Shown here: positions 1-14,640 of the stretch, in pieces
Layout: every line of letters starts with the position of its first letter
How positions within the stretch are numbered: position 1 is the first letter of the stretch
Assembly: GCA_030141605.1 (NCBI GenBank)
Contig: JAQGDQ010000131.1
Span: 310,001-374,000 of the forward strand
Length of the DNA: 64,000 nt
DNA from: Tubiluchus corallicola
Taxonomy: Eukaryota; Animalia; Priapulida
Direction of reading: 5' to 3'
The notes under the pieces: model-generated
What the model saw: the letters and a program-made list of their open reading frames with translations, nothing else
Told to the model about the DNA's origin: nothing
The model's database searches: none
Made by a program: the position numbers and the translations under genes

Positions 1-296
1 GTACGAACTTTTCCCTGTACTATATTTTCTTAGTGCAAAAACTTCCTTTTACCACACTTTCTTAGTACTAAAGATTCTTGGAACCATATTTTCCTTCTAT
101 CAAACATTCCCTTATAATAGCTTTTTCTAGTACCAAAAATGCCTTGTACTTAAAAACCATAATACCAAACGTACCTGTACTAATATTGCCATGTACTAAC
201 AATTCCTCATATGTACCAAATTTTGCCAGTACCAAACTTTCCTCGAACCAAATTCAACAGAACCAAACTTGCCGGTATGAAACTTACTTGTACCCA
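1..296. mobile_element. Right end of a non-autonomous DNA transposon with a degenerate 15-16 bp subterminal repeat array (MULE-like)
   Basis: About 18-19 imperfect copies of gtaccaaaNNttccN (e.g. gtaccaaattttgcca, gtaccaaactttcctc, gaaccaaacttgccg), ending abruptly at tgtaccc. Same layout as the element at 22227-22875. The left end lies outside the window. Confidence 0.55.
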
Positions 297-992
297 ACTA
301 TATCTACTACATCACTATATTTTTCACTTTTACTGATATAAATTGGTTTACAATTAGGAATAAACAGTTACATCTTTCGCATATTTTCGCGGAAAAGTAT
401 AGACATTTTCTCATAGTTTTGGTGTTTTTTATTCTTTTCAATGCGGGATAATCATTCCTGACACACTTAGTATAAAAAGAAAAACAAAATCGGTGAAACA
501 ACAAAATTAGTGATTTTTACATTGTAAGACACTGCAGTGGAATATATATAATGGTTTATGAAATAAAACCCCTACTATTACCTACTATTAAGTTCATTTA
601 AGCAAATATACTTTTATATTAAGTCGAGCTACGTAATGTGCATCGGGTATACAATATGTAATGAGATCCTGGAAATGTGGACTACTTGACAAGCTATAAC
701 GTTAAAGGCAAAGGCAGCTTGGAAAAACACAGGAAACAAAAATCTATAAAGGGAAAATTATAGCGGCCTAGCCTTTATTAATCTGCACATTATTAGAGAG
801 TCGTATACTGTAATTGAGTTTCCCTAGCTTGCATTTACGTTTATTAAGAGCACACAGCTTGCAGGCGAATACAGGACAGTCAGATCTATCACTGACTGCA
901 CAGGCCACATAAAGCCAACTAAATTAATAACTATACATCTCAGAATGTTTAGAGATAGCCAAACCGTGCTTGTATCGTTAGCGTCTTATACA

Positions 993-1319
993 CGTTTCAC
1001 ATCGCAAATGTAAATCATTTTGAAAAAAAGATATTAAACCGCGTTGAAAACTTTCTCAGAACGGCTTGAGATCACACGGGAGCCCTAAACGTTTTCAGAA
1101 TGTTTTCATAAAAAATGACCAAACCATATTAAATCGTTTTGGAGGGTAGACCTAAGTTTAAAACACCCTCAAGCCATTTTGCATTAAAATCCTTCGAGCC
1201 GACAACCTTATGCAAGCAAATGGGAATAAAAAAATCCCATCTTCTCTTTGTTTCTCTCAGTGACCGCGTGAATAGTCAATGGCGAAAACGTTTTGAAACC
1301 GTTTTGCCATGTGAAAAAG
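993..1319. mobile_element. Degenerate MITE-like element with about 18-bp terminal inverted repeats
   Basis: cgtttcacatcgcaaatg (993-1010) versus cgttttgccatgtgaaaaag (1300-1319; reverse complement ctttttcacatggcaaaacg). Internal aaacgttttNa motifs recur. No clear TSD. Confidence 0.4.
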
Positions 1320-1568
1320 ATGCCTGCATGTCCTGTCATAATGTTCTTAAACAGCTACTGTGAGATAAACAATTATTTATTGATTACGTGAAACGGATTG
1401 TCATTCAGTCATTCTAAATTAAATTTTTGCATTATTGTCATTGGAACATGACGTTGTCGATCAGAGCAGTCGTCTTGCCAGTATTTAATAGTTTTTTATA
1501 CATTTTTGGACGTACAAGTTTTGTTCTAAGGAAATAGTAGTCCCAAATCTGACCCCCAAGATTAACTT

Positions 1569-2400
1569 TTGCGCTTACCACAATGCTCTGCTTTAGCAGC
1601 TGTCTGTTGTCTGTTGACAGAAGACTGTTCTTCTACGTCTTCTACGTCTGTTAGAGATTCAATGACGAAGATGACGGAGATGACGAATGACAGTCTGTTG
1701 AGCCAATTGGGTGTAGGTGGACAGGATGTAGTTGGGAGAGAATTTCCATTATTGCTGTGGGCGGAAATGAAGGTTTTTTGTGGAGGAGTTCTCGTCGATG
1801 ACATGGATGTTGACAACAGCTCACTGTTTTCTTACGGTCACACGGCCAGAAGAATACTTGAAAAATATTTCTTGGAAGTGACAATTTTTTTGAGTCAACC
1901 TTCAACCGTTGGCTTTAAAGTGTTACGTGCTTCCTGGAATTTTACTTCAGTTCTCGTCTTACCATGATATTGCTCTTGTGCGAAAGAAGAATCTGTTGAG
2001 AGTTCATCAATGACGTTTAAGCTGGTTGGCCTAAATTGCTTGTTTGTAACGAAAGTGCTTCTTCCATTAATGAAGATGTCACTCTCATGGGATGGGATTT
2101 CTTTGTGGAATTCAAGGCATACCAGATAAACTTTACTCTCATTTGAAGTACCGTTAAATTAACAGTTACTACAGAAGTTGGCTGCGAGCAATTTAACTAA
2201 ACAGTTATGGTCGGTGCACATCATCCCATGACGCAGTGGTGGCTTTGGCGATTCAGGTGGACCACAGGGCCGGAGAAGTGATTGTTTTCATGCGGGGATT
2301 CACATTTGTTAGAGGTACGACAGTCATAGCTGTATTAGATTAAGAGGCAGTTAGTATAGCGGGAAACTTTCTTATTAGTTGAACTGAATTGATCGTTTGA
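1569..2400 (+). pseudogene. Trypsin-like (S1A) serine protease pseudogene, intronless, multiply frameshifted
   Basis: Motifs are colinear across shifting frames: VGGQD (1713-1727), FCGGVLV, WMLTTAHCF (His codon 1822-1824), KIFLG, YHDIALVR (Asp codon 1966-1968), MGW, GDSGGP (2247-2264). Several frameshifts and stops lie between motifs, and the spacing leaves no room for introns. Confidence 0.85.
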
Positions 2401-4289
2401 TCGTTGGCAGTATTATACTCCGTGATTATACTGAAATTGAATTTGTTGTCAACGCTTTTGGAACATCTAATTCTGCACCACGGAACTTAGCGCCTGCACT
2501 TAACAGAGTTTCATTACTTGACGCAACAATGACAATTTGTATAATTACTTTGTATTCTGGATTGAAATTTAAATTGAAAATTTTATTTAAAACTGGATTA
2601 TAAAATAAAAACGCAAGCTCGTTAGACTAAGCCTGAATAGGTGGAGCTAATCTTTCATGTGGAGCTAAGTAAAATTAATCGAAAAATTAGATCTTCTGAT
2701 CGACTGTTTATAATAAAATTATAACTTTATATACATTGAAACTATAAAACTAGGCAGAATAACATACAGAAATACGCACGAAATATAAACCCACTACAAA
2801 AAAACATAATACGGAACAAATCACATTATAGAAGCTTTCCTTTTGCAAGCCTTCCTTACAGAATCTTATTACATCGGGTTGCGATTCAGCGAGAAAAAAA
2901 ATACAAAATGACCCATATTGTGCGTAAAGTGTTATAAAATTGTATCTTACGCCTTGAAAGTTAAAATTTGCATTAAACTTTCAGGGATTGGCGATTTTTG
3001 ACAAATCTTGGTATGAAATGTATGCTTTATACGAAGACACAATTGACTTGTTTACAAATGATGATCAGTAATTCTATTTTCCCAACAACAATATTTCATA
3101 CAAGAAGAACTAAAGAGATTTCACACCTATAAAATAATGTATATTAATATATAGATAAGATATACATTAAAATGTGTTTGCCTATTCATAACTAATTGAT
3201 ATACATTAACAGATCGTACATTTAAAATGTATAATAACAACTGATTATATGATACTAATAGGTTGAATATTTAAAATGTGTAGTAATAACTCATTATGAG
3301 ATTTTAATAAGTTTGACATCTGTTACTGAAAATGTCAATAAAACAATAGGGAATGCCTTAAAATGCAAAATTATAGAGTAACCACAATAAAATACAGAAA
3401 GGTGCCCTCCCTATGACCGAAGTAAATAAATAACAAATAACTGATGTAATCATGTTGTAAACTGTTTACTGAGTTTTGAAAATAAACCAACTACTGCTAA
3501 TATGCCGAGAGTATTCCAAGTCTTTCTGATTATTTGAAGCATTATTCATTTTTTTCTCGACCAACAGCTCTCTATTCGCCAAAATGTCAGTAAAATCCGT
3601 CGACTTTTTGGATGAGCACAACGAAGGAGCGGACAAACGGATAGATAAAGAAACACGCAACTGTCTGATTTGTGGAGAATAACATTTTGTGTTATTAACC
3701 ATATATGGTAACCTAGGCTAGACTGCATTAGATGCTAATAAAAAGGTCAGTGACGACATGGTTGCTAAGGCTAATGCTGTTTTGTGGCCGGCCCTAAACA
3801 ATTTACCCAATTAATTCCCAAGTTCTCTAGATCAGCTCTGATAGAACCAACTAACTAACTAACGATAGAATAAATGATAGAAGGAACGCATGAACAACCA
3901 TATAAGTGAAGAGGCAAACAAGCAAGCAGGTGAGTAATAACATAGGTGTAAATACATAACCTGCACGGGAATTTCTCGGTGGAAACAATGATCAAAACGC
4001 TGATTGAATAAGGAAACACAAGCTGAAAAAAGCAAAATATGTTTAATGGATTCTGAAACTTCACATCAATGGATTCTAAAATTCCATATCCCCATTCAAC
4101 GGATTCAGAACTCCGCGTCCAAAATCTGATTTTGTATTACAGAATTCCCTGAAGACTAATAGCAAATATCCTGAAATTGTGTTCCTGTCGCAGCTGTTTA
4201 GTGTGATGAATATATTGTATCAAAGACAGCTCACACAATGACAAGGCGCTGATATTGATACCATTACTACTATTAGTTTCTAGTAGCAA

Positions 4290-4292
<3 letters not shown>

Positions 4293-4382
<90 letters not shown>

Positions 4383-4405
4383 CCTCTCTCTCTCTCTCTC
4401 TCTCC

Positions 4406-4475
<70 letters not shown>

Positions 4476-4477
4476 TC
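4293..4477. repeat. (CT)n microsatellite, about 185 bp
   Basis: Directly visible; explains the SL/RE ORFs at 4255-4554. Confidence 0.98.
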
Positions 4478-7400
4478 ATTCTCCCCCTTTCTCCCTCACC
4501 CTACCACTCTCTCGTTCTAGTCGTTTAGCTTCACTGCATGAAATTTATTATTAATTTATTAAACTATTAAAAACATCTGCGACTATTAAGAAAGCAATAT
4601 TTTACTACAGTTGACGATACAGTTGATCAAAGAATTTTTTCCCCGCTGAAAATAATATAACCGTCGAAAAAACTGGCCAAATCTCGGACGGTGACATGTT
4701 TTCCGAAAAACAGCACTAAAAATTTTACGTTGACCGTTAGATACCCCCCAACAGAGAACGAAGTTGTGTAGTCTCATGTGCGGACACGGTTCATCAACAA
4801 AATTAATAGCTGCTTCATTATTATTACTTGCAGCCAGCATGTCTCAGCGGGATACTGCTTACTATTAACCACATCGTAATTATAGCAGTAATGGTCCAAA
4901 GCACTTTCGCTAGAGGTGCTACTTTATCAAAGTTTCTTCTCGACGTGGTTATAATTACTGCAGTATCTTAAGAGAATTCGTACGTATGTTCAGAGATTAC
5001 AGTCCCACTACTCTTCTGTTTGATTACTGCCAGCTAAATTGCTTTGTTGCCATTAACGTTCGCGATGCGGTTAGGGAAGCTCGCATAAAAAACTGCCAAT
5101 AGACTAAATTTAAAAATCCCAAATATATATATATATATATATCCAAACTCCAAAGGTACATCAAACACGAGCACTGACTGTTGCCAGAGGTTCAACTGCT
5201 GCAGTGCTGAGATGTTTGAAAGATTGTTCGCAGGTGACAAAATACTTACAACAACAAAGGTCATAAAACTGCTTAGATGGACAAAGGCAATCGACGGAAA
5301 TTCAAAAACTGCTTTGTGCAGAGATGTCTGTATCCAAACACTAATACCACAACCCAAACATTGCCATATAAAGATATATAGAGTAATACTTAGATTGAGC
5401 AAAACTGTTCATAGAGGTTAAAACATAACATATAGAGGCATCTAAAAACTGCCTACAGGCGTCCAAAGACTACGCTGGAAGAAATTTAGACAGTGTTATA
5501 GTCGTAAATAGTTCATCAAAATAAACTTTCTTACTCTTTTCTCAGCAGCCTTACACACTCGTACTCGTGACATTTCTTAATTCTTTAATTGGTATATTTT
5601 TTGAGATTGGAGGAACCATTTCGAGCACTTATTCGAAAGGCAGGCGCTTGCTCATTAACCTTAAAATAAATGGCTCTTCCAATTTTAGAAAATACAAGTC
5701 TTTCATGTTTTTCCTAGCCAACACTTCTGTCATTATTATTCTGAATTGTCTGGAAACCTCTCAAGAAAAGTCGACATACCAGAGGTCCAAACGCTACCCA
5801 AAATTAAGATGAATTACACATTTGTTATAATGTTTAAATGTTCACTATCGTTGTCGTCTAAACAAAAATGATTTTAAAGGTGACTGAATAGTGACATTCT
5901 ACTGGTAACTGAATGTTCGCACTAGCTATGATGTTTATTATTTAATTAACAACTTGGCCGCTTGAGTAACACGCATGACCATTTAATCTACGGGATTAAA
6001 TCAATGTCTAACCTCTCTAAGGCTTAATTCTTGCTTCCCGCCAATGCTTCAGCTTTCAGGACGATCTTTTTTTGCTCTCAACATTTATTGTAGGAGTAAT
6101 TCTAGAAAACGCTTAACCGACCAGCCGACGCCGATTGACCGAGTGAAGGATCTGAAGGACTTACTTTTAATGCCATGAAATTTGTACCAGATTACCAGAT
6201 TTCGATAAAGTTAACGTCGTTGTTCGGAATTTGAAGCAGACGTGTTAGTTTTGCTGAAGTCAACCAAACAGTTGCAAGCTTATTGACAACTAAACGAGGT
6301 CAGCATCTATAGCGCATAGGAGCGGTTGATGGTTCGTATTGGGATATCATTACAAGCCTTAACAAGTATAAAAGTCTAAAGTGAAAGTTTTAAAGTTTGA
6401 TACTGCCGTTGGACGTCCAAATTCAATAAAAAAAACTACATAAATGGTAACCGATGTTCAAAGTCTATCAGCAAGTAATTAAGTTTTAAAGAGCATGTCA
6501 GACATCTAAGGAGTAACAAATTCTTATTAGGTGTCCGAAATTTTATAAAACAAGTTTATCGGGATTTTACCATAACCTCGTTTGAACTGTTGAAACGTTT
6601 CTCCTGTTTGACAGCACAAGAGCGAAATTGCGATATTTACTATAATTACTGGATTAACAATTCAGCTTTTATGGACATCGTAAAGCCAATAACTAATAAT
6701 ATTGCGACATTGCTAAACTATGATGGGAGCTAATAAATTCAAAGTGAAAATGGAATAAAGTGCAAGCACACCAATTAAGCCCTGTGTTCTCGTCATGTTA
6801 TACAAGTGAACAGCAGCTATATTCTTGGAAAATATGGTTCTTTTTAGTCAAATTTGTTTGATACTCGTATGTGTACAATTACTGATATCTGGTCAACAGG
6901 GCCGATAAAAACAATACACAATATACATGTAGGTATACAATATATATATAGATAAGCAATTAAACAATTATAGAATACAGGCCTACGTGTACTGAATGAC
7001 TGTGCCGATATCACGTGAGGACTTTGTGACTAGACTAGATTAGACTACAACTTTGGTCGGTTCGCTATCCTTTTTATCCATTGCTGACACTAGTCCTATT
7101 GTTTATCTGTGTATACTAATATTTCTGCAAACGTCTGGATGTGAATATTGTGTTTTTTATAACTTGATTGAGAAAAATACATTTCAACTCAGTTCAGTTC
7201 AGTTCATCTTCATATTTGTTGTAGTAGCGTCAAATTTCTAGCACTTTTAGTTTTATGGCTTGTAGCTTCAAATATAAAGGGAATATGTATATGTATAGTG
7301 CTCCCCTGTTCTCCTTTGTTCTAGTGCGAAAATGTTTTCAATGGCGAAAATAGATGTTCCAATCGGAAACTTAAAATATGGTGCTGGTGATTTATTACGC

Positions 7401-8254
7401 TAATTCTTCTAAGATGGGTGTTGCGTTTTTTACGTCACGATTCTGTGCTTTTCAATGATCTTAGATTTGTGCTCATTTTATTTCGACTCCAAAATCTCAA
7501 TACTTTACCTTAAAGGAAAACCAGACAATTGATTAGACTCAAACTCATTTTAATTTAATGTCCAAAATATGCATTTTCTTGCCTTTAAAGTTAGCAGTTG
7601 TTTCTAATATTTGAATAATTACCTTTGAAATTTAATTAACGGCAACCGAACACAGCAATCGCTTACTTCACAAACTAACCACAGTTATGGGAGGCATCTT
7701 CCCTGTGCGTGCTGCACGTTTGTGTAAGCGAAAACGGCTATAAGACGCTGCTATGGTGTCACGAAAATGAGCTCTACGTCACACTGACATTACGGACGAA
7801 AACTGCAGTTCATGATCATGCTATATTGATCGGCCATTTGTCGTGCCTATTTGTCGGCCACGCGAATGTGACAAAAAGGAACCACTGCCAGTCTTAGCCG
7901 CGTATAGCTTTAAAAGTTTAACAAAATTTAACTCCGAGGTAGTGACTGTTTAATATAAACTTTGATTTAAAAAAACTGTTGTAGTTTTCAATATTTACAG
8001 CAATATTTACGTTATTTTGAATTAATATCTACACAGTCGTCCGGTTTTCCTTTAACCACACTCTTTAACTCTGAACTTTTTTAAATTTATCTTCAAGTCT
8101 ATATGTTTCGCATCTGTTTTGCTTATGTCATCTACACACAGTCTTTTTAGATTGACACCAATCTTTTTAAAAAGTTTGTAAATGTTAACTTTCTATCATC
8201 AAGTCTTTGTTTTACTGGCAAAAGGTCCGCTTCTATTCCCACCTTGTGGATTTA

Positions 8255-8780
8255 GTTAAGAGTATTAGAAATCTTTGATTCGGATTTCCACTCAGAAAAA
8301 CAAGAAATCTGGAATGGAGAACCTCCAGAAGAACCCCAACAAATATTAGATTCTATTTGCCTTTGATCAGAGATCCTAGGAATTTTCACCACAGACCACT
8401 CCTTAACAACGATAAAAATTCTTAACCAATGATCAATTTTAAAAGACAAAAGACCAATAAAAAATAAATTTAGAAAAACTCAAGGATGAAGATATTTAAA
8501 CAACATTATAAGTGCATAAGTTAAATCTACAGATTTGAAGTAATAAAAAATGCTAGGTAAAATAGAGAAGCCTGATAAAAGAAGATCAAATTTTCTTCTA
8601 AAACAAAATGGAAAATATTATGGAAAAGCAGCAGCCATTCGGTCAAGCACTATTGAATTCAAAAAACAAAATTCATTAATGTAAAAGTGCAAATGAAATT
8701 GACAAACATAGAAAGAAGGACAAATGAATTAGCAGAAGAATTGGAACAATCGAAAAACGATTCATTTTGCAACAACTGAC
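8255..8780 (+). mobile_element. Possible highly decayed L1/Tx1-like LINE ORF2 fragment (end of endonuclease plus linker)
   Basis: The + frame reads ILGIFTTDHSLTTIKI...KTQG*RYLNNII, resembling the SDHS...G.WKLN end of L1-type APE domains. It is followed by a K/E-rich helical stretch (KLTNIERRTNELAEELEQ) in another frame. Many stops. Confidence 0.3.
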
Positions 8781-9254
8781 TGATTGAGTCACTGGCCGAC
8801 CGATTCTCGAACAACCAACTTACCAACCGACTGATAACTAACTGACCTGACAGACTTATTGACTGACTGGTTTGCTTGTCTGTTTGCATGTCTGGTTGGC
8901 TGACGTTTTTGGTTGACAGACTGGCAGTTCATCAAGTGACATTTGAGTAACTTGTAATAAAGTGAGATTTTTGTTTGCCATTTTGATTTGACATATTCAC
9001 TTAGGCACGTACCTACAAAAGAAAGGCAAGTGCGTGCTTAATAATTCCAGCTGACAATTTATTGATCAAAGCAGCTAAGCTTTCCCAGCTAGCTAGCACA
9101 TAAAAAGCCAAATTATTCAGTCGGTTGCCGTGCAGAAACTGAGCTGAGTCAATCATTACGTAAGATGAGTTGCTGAATGTAGGCTTAAGTGTGAGTATTC
9201 GAGACACATGCTCTTTGCAAGCAGTTTTGCCTTCACAAATCTATGTACTGAAAC

Positions 9255-9410
9255 AAATAACAAAAAGTAATAGCAGTAATGAGGACTGCAACAGCAACGG
9301 CAATGGCAACTGCGGTGGCGGCAATAACGACAACGACAACCACAACAATGGCAACAACAACGGTAACGGCAACAGCAACAATTACTACAACAACAACAAC
9401 AACAACAAAT
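9255..9410. repeat. Degenerate (AAC)n trinucleotide tract
   Basis: aac/ggc/agc/gac variants ending in a pure caacaacaac run. Confidence 0.85.
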
Positions 9411-12400
9411 GAAAGCTTGTGAACAAGCGGGATGAATTAACCCGTGACGAATGGCTGCCACCTTTTAAAATTGCGGCTTGTAAATCAAAGCTTATCAGTT
9501 GAGGCATCAGAACTGTGCGGGTTACAACACAGATGGTTGGAATTATTAAATATTTCAGAAAAAAAGCAGCCGAAAGTGACGACATATAAACCGATTGAAG
9601 AGCTTAATTTGGCACTTTCCGACATCTCGAAAAATTAATTAATATAGTGACCAAACTAATCTCTTTGCAGGTGCGCGTCATCAAAATCCAGTTTCTGACA
9701 TGTGCGGAAAACTATCAATTATAAGTTTCCTTGTTTTGCTTTTTCACTATCTTTCCTTTCTCAAGACGTAATTATTAATGCAATTTCTGCATTAAAAGCA
9801 TTTTCTGCGCAGTATGCTATCCTTTTGCTCTCAGTTGCACAAAGATGAAGCCATTGTTTGTTATTATTCGCTGCAACAAATAACATCCTGTTTGTTTTAC
9901 TATCATTCAGTTACACAAGCGAAACCACTTACGCTCGCCTGACAGGAAGCTGTTTCTATTCGCAAGCGATCATAACTCACTCCCTGCAATTAATGTCACC
10001 TAAAAAGTCACGAAGTCGGTCTAAATGCAGCTAAACTCGGTTAAATGAAGACGCTAGCATTGTTGAAAAATGACTTCCGTAAAATTCGATTGTTTTTATC
10101 GTTGAACACAGTCGATTCCTTAGGCTATATTCCCGCGGGAACCGTAAAACGCATTTTCTTTGACTGTTGTTCAAAACGCAAGTGACCGAGAGGTTTACGA
10201 CATAAATTATCATTTTATGCATTAAAGCCACAGTACTTTCTTTATAGTTGCAGTATAACTTCATAACCAATCATTTGCGACTCAGTAAGGTTGGGCTTTA
10301 TGCTGCCTGGTGGTGTTGGAACTGTCAAGTTACTGTTGTTTTAAATCGTCGTCGTTCTCATAGCTGTCGCTATCCTGTTGCCCTTGATTCAACTCCCCTC
10401 GTTGTTGTTGCTGCTGTCGTCGTCGTCATTGTCGTCATCGTCGCAATCGCGGTCGTAATTGTTGTGTTTCTGTCGGTTCCTATTGCCGCGAAATAGGTAT
10501 TCTCAAAGCAGTAACTCTATGTACGTCAGCATCAAACAGAACAATGTGCTAGCATGACTCCTTACATATCTTACGGCACGTTCATTACATTAAATGTTCC
10601 TATCTGAACACTTATTATTTCCCTAACCATCCGATCTTATTAATCATCCTAAACTTGCTATAAAAATCCAAGAGTGCCAATCTGCAGTATGACAAAAGTG
10701 ACATTCGCGTACATTCCACTTTGGTGTCTAATTCGCACCAAAATCCGAGTCAAAAGTACAAGTACTGTGTATCATGACTCGTGTTTGTCTATTCTGTTTT
10801 AGATTTCAGGCTTTTTCAGCAGCAGTAGCCAGGATGCATTTTTAAATTGCTTTAGGGAGGAACACAAAAGAGACAAAATGCCGGTTCTTTGATGAACAAT
10901 TTTCAATCCTATCAACGCCACGTTGGTTGAATGAGATGTTTTCGTTTTCTGAATCAAGTATGCATTGAGTGCAGCAAAGTCTAAGCGAATTATCTAGAAT
11001 TGCGGCAGATTTTGACCATGCAAGAATGAAGAAGAGAATACAGATTGAACGGAAATTACTGAAGAACTATTTCAATCTCGTTGGACAGTTCGGACAGTTC
11101 TCAATCATACAATCAAAAAGAGGAGAGAAAGAGAGAAGCAAGCAGGAGTGACAAGTACAGAGATAGAAGTAGAAAACAGAAACTAACACATAAAAAAGAG
11201 AAGGAGAGAAAAAAGAGAAAGAAAAACAAAAAGATAGAAAGAAGGGACGAAAGAAACTGTAAAAGAGAAAAGTTGAGATAGGAGTGGAAGTGGAGTTAGT
11301 GTAAGGTTCAAAATGCCTTTGATTACGGAAGGGAAAAATTAATAATAACTTTTTACATTTATGCTTACGCACTTACTTCAGGGGAAGCAAAATGCCGTTT
11401 TATTCTTCCTCATTATGCCGGTCAGTTAGAACTTTCTGTGCTGCACTACCGTAATAGCAGCAGCAATTGTGTAATTGATGCGGTGACAGTTTCTCTCATG
11501 TCTCTAATATAGGCTATTAGTGCGGGTTTATCCATGTGCGACATCATGTTAGAAAAAATACGTAGGAGGAAGCCGCGAGAAATTAATAGGTCAATGCAAT
11601 TATACCCGTCATTTGTTATACAAAAATTATTAATGCACTTATGTCGCCACGCTAACAAAACAGCATGCTGAAAATCAGTCACGAAAGGAAGCCGAAGGAC
11701 GGTAATAATGTCAGAAGAAGTGTTCTATTCCGCGAAATCAAACATGGCCACTCACGTATTCATCACGTGATTTTCATTCCCGTCGTAGGCAGTTACAGTG
11801 TTTGTTTCAACTTTAGAGAGCAAATTTACAACCAGTTGGCTAGTTTGTGGGAAAATAAACTGACATTACGATGTGTATCTAACAACCAATCATTTGCACA
11901 GACTACTGGACACAAAAAGTCAAGGTGATTCGTGCGAAGCCCCAAATCGTACGTTGAGTAAGCATAGAGAAAGTTTTCGGTAGACTCTACAAGTAATCCG
12001 CATGGTACTGAGCAAGAATATGTAAAACAGAATAATGATAACAGTTCAGGTCGTATTTCCTATGAAATGTAGAAACTAAATCTAGTCGTTTTATACAGAC
12101 ATTGACATTTCACAAGGTTCCCGGTGTGAATTAGGATTGATGATGAATGATAATGTTGTGTACTGATGGCAGTTACGAAATTGCATGGCATTGTAGGTAT
12201 TATCTATCATAAGAAGGTACCCAAATAATCTCTGTATCTTGTTTACGTTTTCTGCCACAGGCAGTACGAGTTTGTAATTAGCAAACAAAAGAGCCTTTGT
12301 TTGCAAAAGTAGCAAACAAAAGACGTTTACCAATTCTTGGAAAAAACGTCACATTGGAAGCCCTTTTGCGCATTGGAGCATATGCATATCTAATGTATAT

Positions 12401-14489
12401 ATATTTTCAGCAAAGTGGCAAATAGCGAATAAGGTAGACAATTAGAAATGAAACATCTACGTTACACGTTTGTAGAAGGAACCCTAGTAAAGTTCTATAG
12501 ACGCATGTACCGTCGAAGGCTTTTGTTATAAACAATAGGGATCTTGCTATTATAATTAGTTTTATCTATCAGTGTGAATAAAACAACCAGTACGCTAGAT
12601 TGCTCGAAAGCCTGAAGCGCAGCATCAGTTTAACAAGTGACACAAAAAGACCTAAATAATAGTCTCTAGACACACAATAAGCTAGTGTAAGGAGTGCCCA
12701 CTTTTAATACGGCTAAACAAACCCACTTGTCACCCACCTTATTTCACACACCTGCAGAGCTTAATTAACGCAGGTACGTTCGGGACATATAGCTACAGCT
12801 CCCTCTAACACTGTTGTGAAAAATGCTCAACTTTTCATTAGTTAGCGGGAGAAATGTTTGCCTGGTTCTAGATTTTATTATTGTCAATTGAAATTGCAAG
12901 CGAATTAGTGGAAATACATAGTCTAATTTCGTTTATAGAAAGAAATACACAACGCTTACGTTTGAGTTGCTGATTAAACCATTTTGCTATTAAGAAAATA
13001 CGCAGTTTAGTTTAGTTTATGGCTTTGCAAGTTAGATAAAAATAACTATTTGATTAACTTTGATTAACTTTAAATAAGGACAAAACAAAATGTTTTCTTT
13101 TCTGGCCAGTTTTTATAAACCTCAATGAGATCTTCACAGTCAAAATTAATTCAAACGTGGTCAAAACCTATATTATACATCCATGTAGTATTAGATTTTT
13201 TACGCTATTTTTCTGGTTATAATCATCGTTAAAAGATGCCATTGGGACTTGTGTGACTCGGGCACTCAATATAAGGGTCGTCTATGGAATGGAACAATTA
13301 AATTTATTCCATTACCTTAGCCTAACAAACGGAAAAATACAAAAACTGGATAAATCTTGCAGACTAGCACATGAGAAAAATACAACGCAGGCATGAATGA
13401 TGTTCACGGGCAAGAGAGACTTGATATTTTCATTGCTCATTTATTGTAAAACAAGGATAAGTGACTTAGTTTCTTTATTATACTTATGTCTCTGTATTTT
13501 GTAAAGCTTTGAAACTTCGTCTCTACATTCTGTTTAAATTGAAAAGTCATGGTGTATTAACAATATACATCCTAAATTACGAATCCACTCTGAGTATGGA
13601 CTCTTGAGCGTGTTAGAAATTCACTTTTATTATACTGCTAAGTTCACAAAAATATGGAAACCTTAATGACTGTTGCCCTGTTTTCCTGTGTCTGTTTAAT
13701 GACAGCTGCTTTGCAGTCTAAACCTAACACAATTGTCGTAGTCAGGCAGAAAAAAAGGCGGTTTCATAGCACTAATTTATAACAGTTTACTAAAATTTCA
13801 TAAAACGACATCGTAACAATAAATACTCAGGTAACATATCATGCAGAGACTAATAACTCAACGATGATGCTGATACTGACTAGTAAATGCTGGTACCTCG
13901 ACACATCATGCTAAGTGCTAGTGCTAAAATGAACTAGTATAGTGTCACAATAACTAAACTTGAGTAATTAATTAAGCCCTTCTGAAATTTTGTATAATGC
14001 ATCGAATTATCACATGCCTGACTTGTGTTTTATCTCAGCCTCGCGTGACATTTATATAATAATATTTTGAGTCAAGACAAGGAAAATTTTTAGTATGGTC
14101 ATAGGTATATGGATATACCATGCTTATTCGTTATACGGTGTTGAACAAGAATAAGTTAAAAACAGAAAAACGATACGTACAATCGTTCGAAATTCGTAAT
14201 TTTGACATCTTTAGTTAATCTTAAGAAGACACCTGGCAGTACTTCTTTAGCTTTTGCCACAACGTTTTCTGGTAAAGTTTTCAAAAAATTTGGGAAAAAT
14301 CTCGAAGATATAGTAATATATTTGCATAGCATGTGATAGCAACGCACTGAAAGCTTAAATTGTGATTCATAGAGTTATTCATGGAAGTACATATGCAGCA
14401 ATGTAAAGCACATTGCAACTTTATTTACGTCTTCTAGACTCACAAAGCGGAAATCTTTTCAATGAAAACACGTCATCGTTACACAATTT

Positions 14490-14640
14490 GTGCACCTTCT
14501 CGTGAGAGTCTGCTGCTCTTTCTGCTAGTACATGTACAGAAATGGCTGCGACATCTGAAAGAAGCTTTTCGTCTCTAAGGAGAAAAATATATAACGGACA
14601 AAACAAGAGCGATATTGTTGCTATACGAAATCTCTTTTTA
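14490..14640 (+). mobile_element. hAT transposase C-terminal dimerisation-domain remnant
   Basis: A hydrophobic LLLFLLV stretch followed, after a frameshift, by AATSERSFSSLRRK. This matches the hATC signature (T.A.SERSFS.L.R.K). No long ORF. Confidence 0.55.

Noticed and set aside
8252-8630. Mitochondrial insertion or TGA=Trp coded fragment
   Set aside because: In-frame TGAs occur on both strands, but no mitochondrial protein motif was recognisable. TAA stops also occur on the + strand, and a decayed LINE explains it at least as well.
9156-9461. Cys-rich metallothionein-like ORF and Asn-rich ORF
   Set aside because: Both are readings of a degenerate (AAC)n tract.
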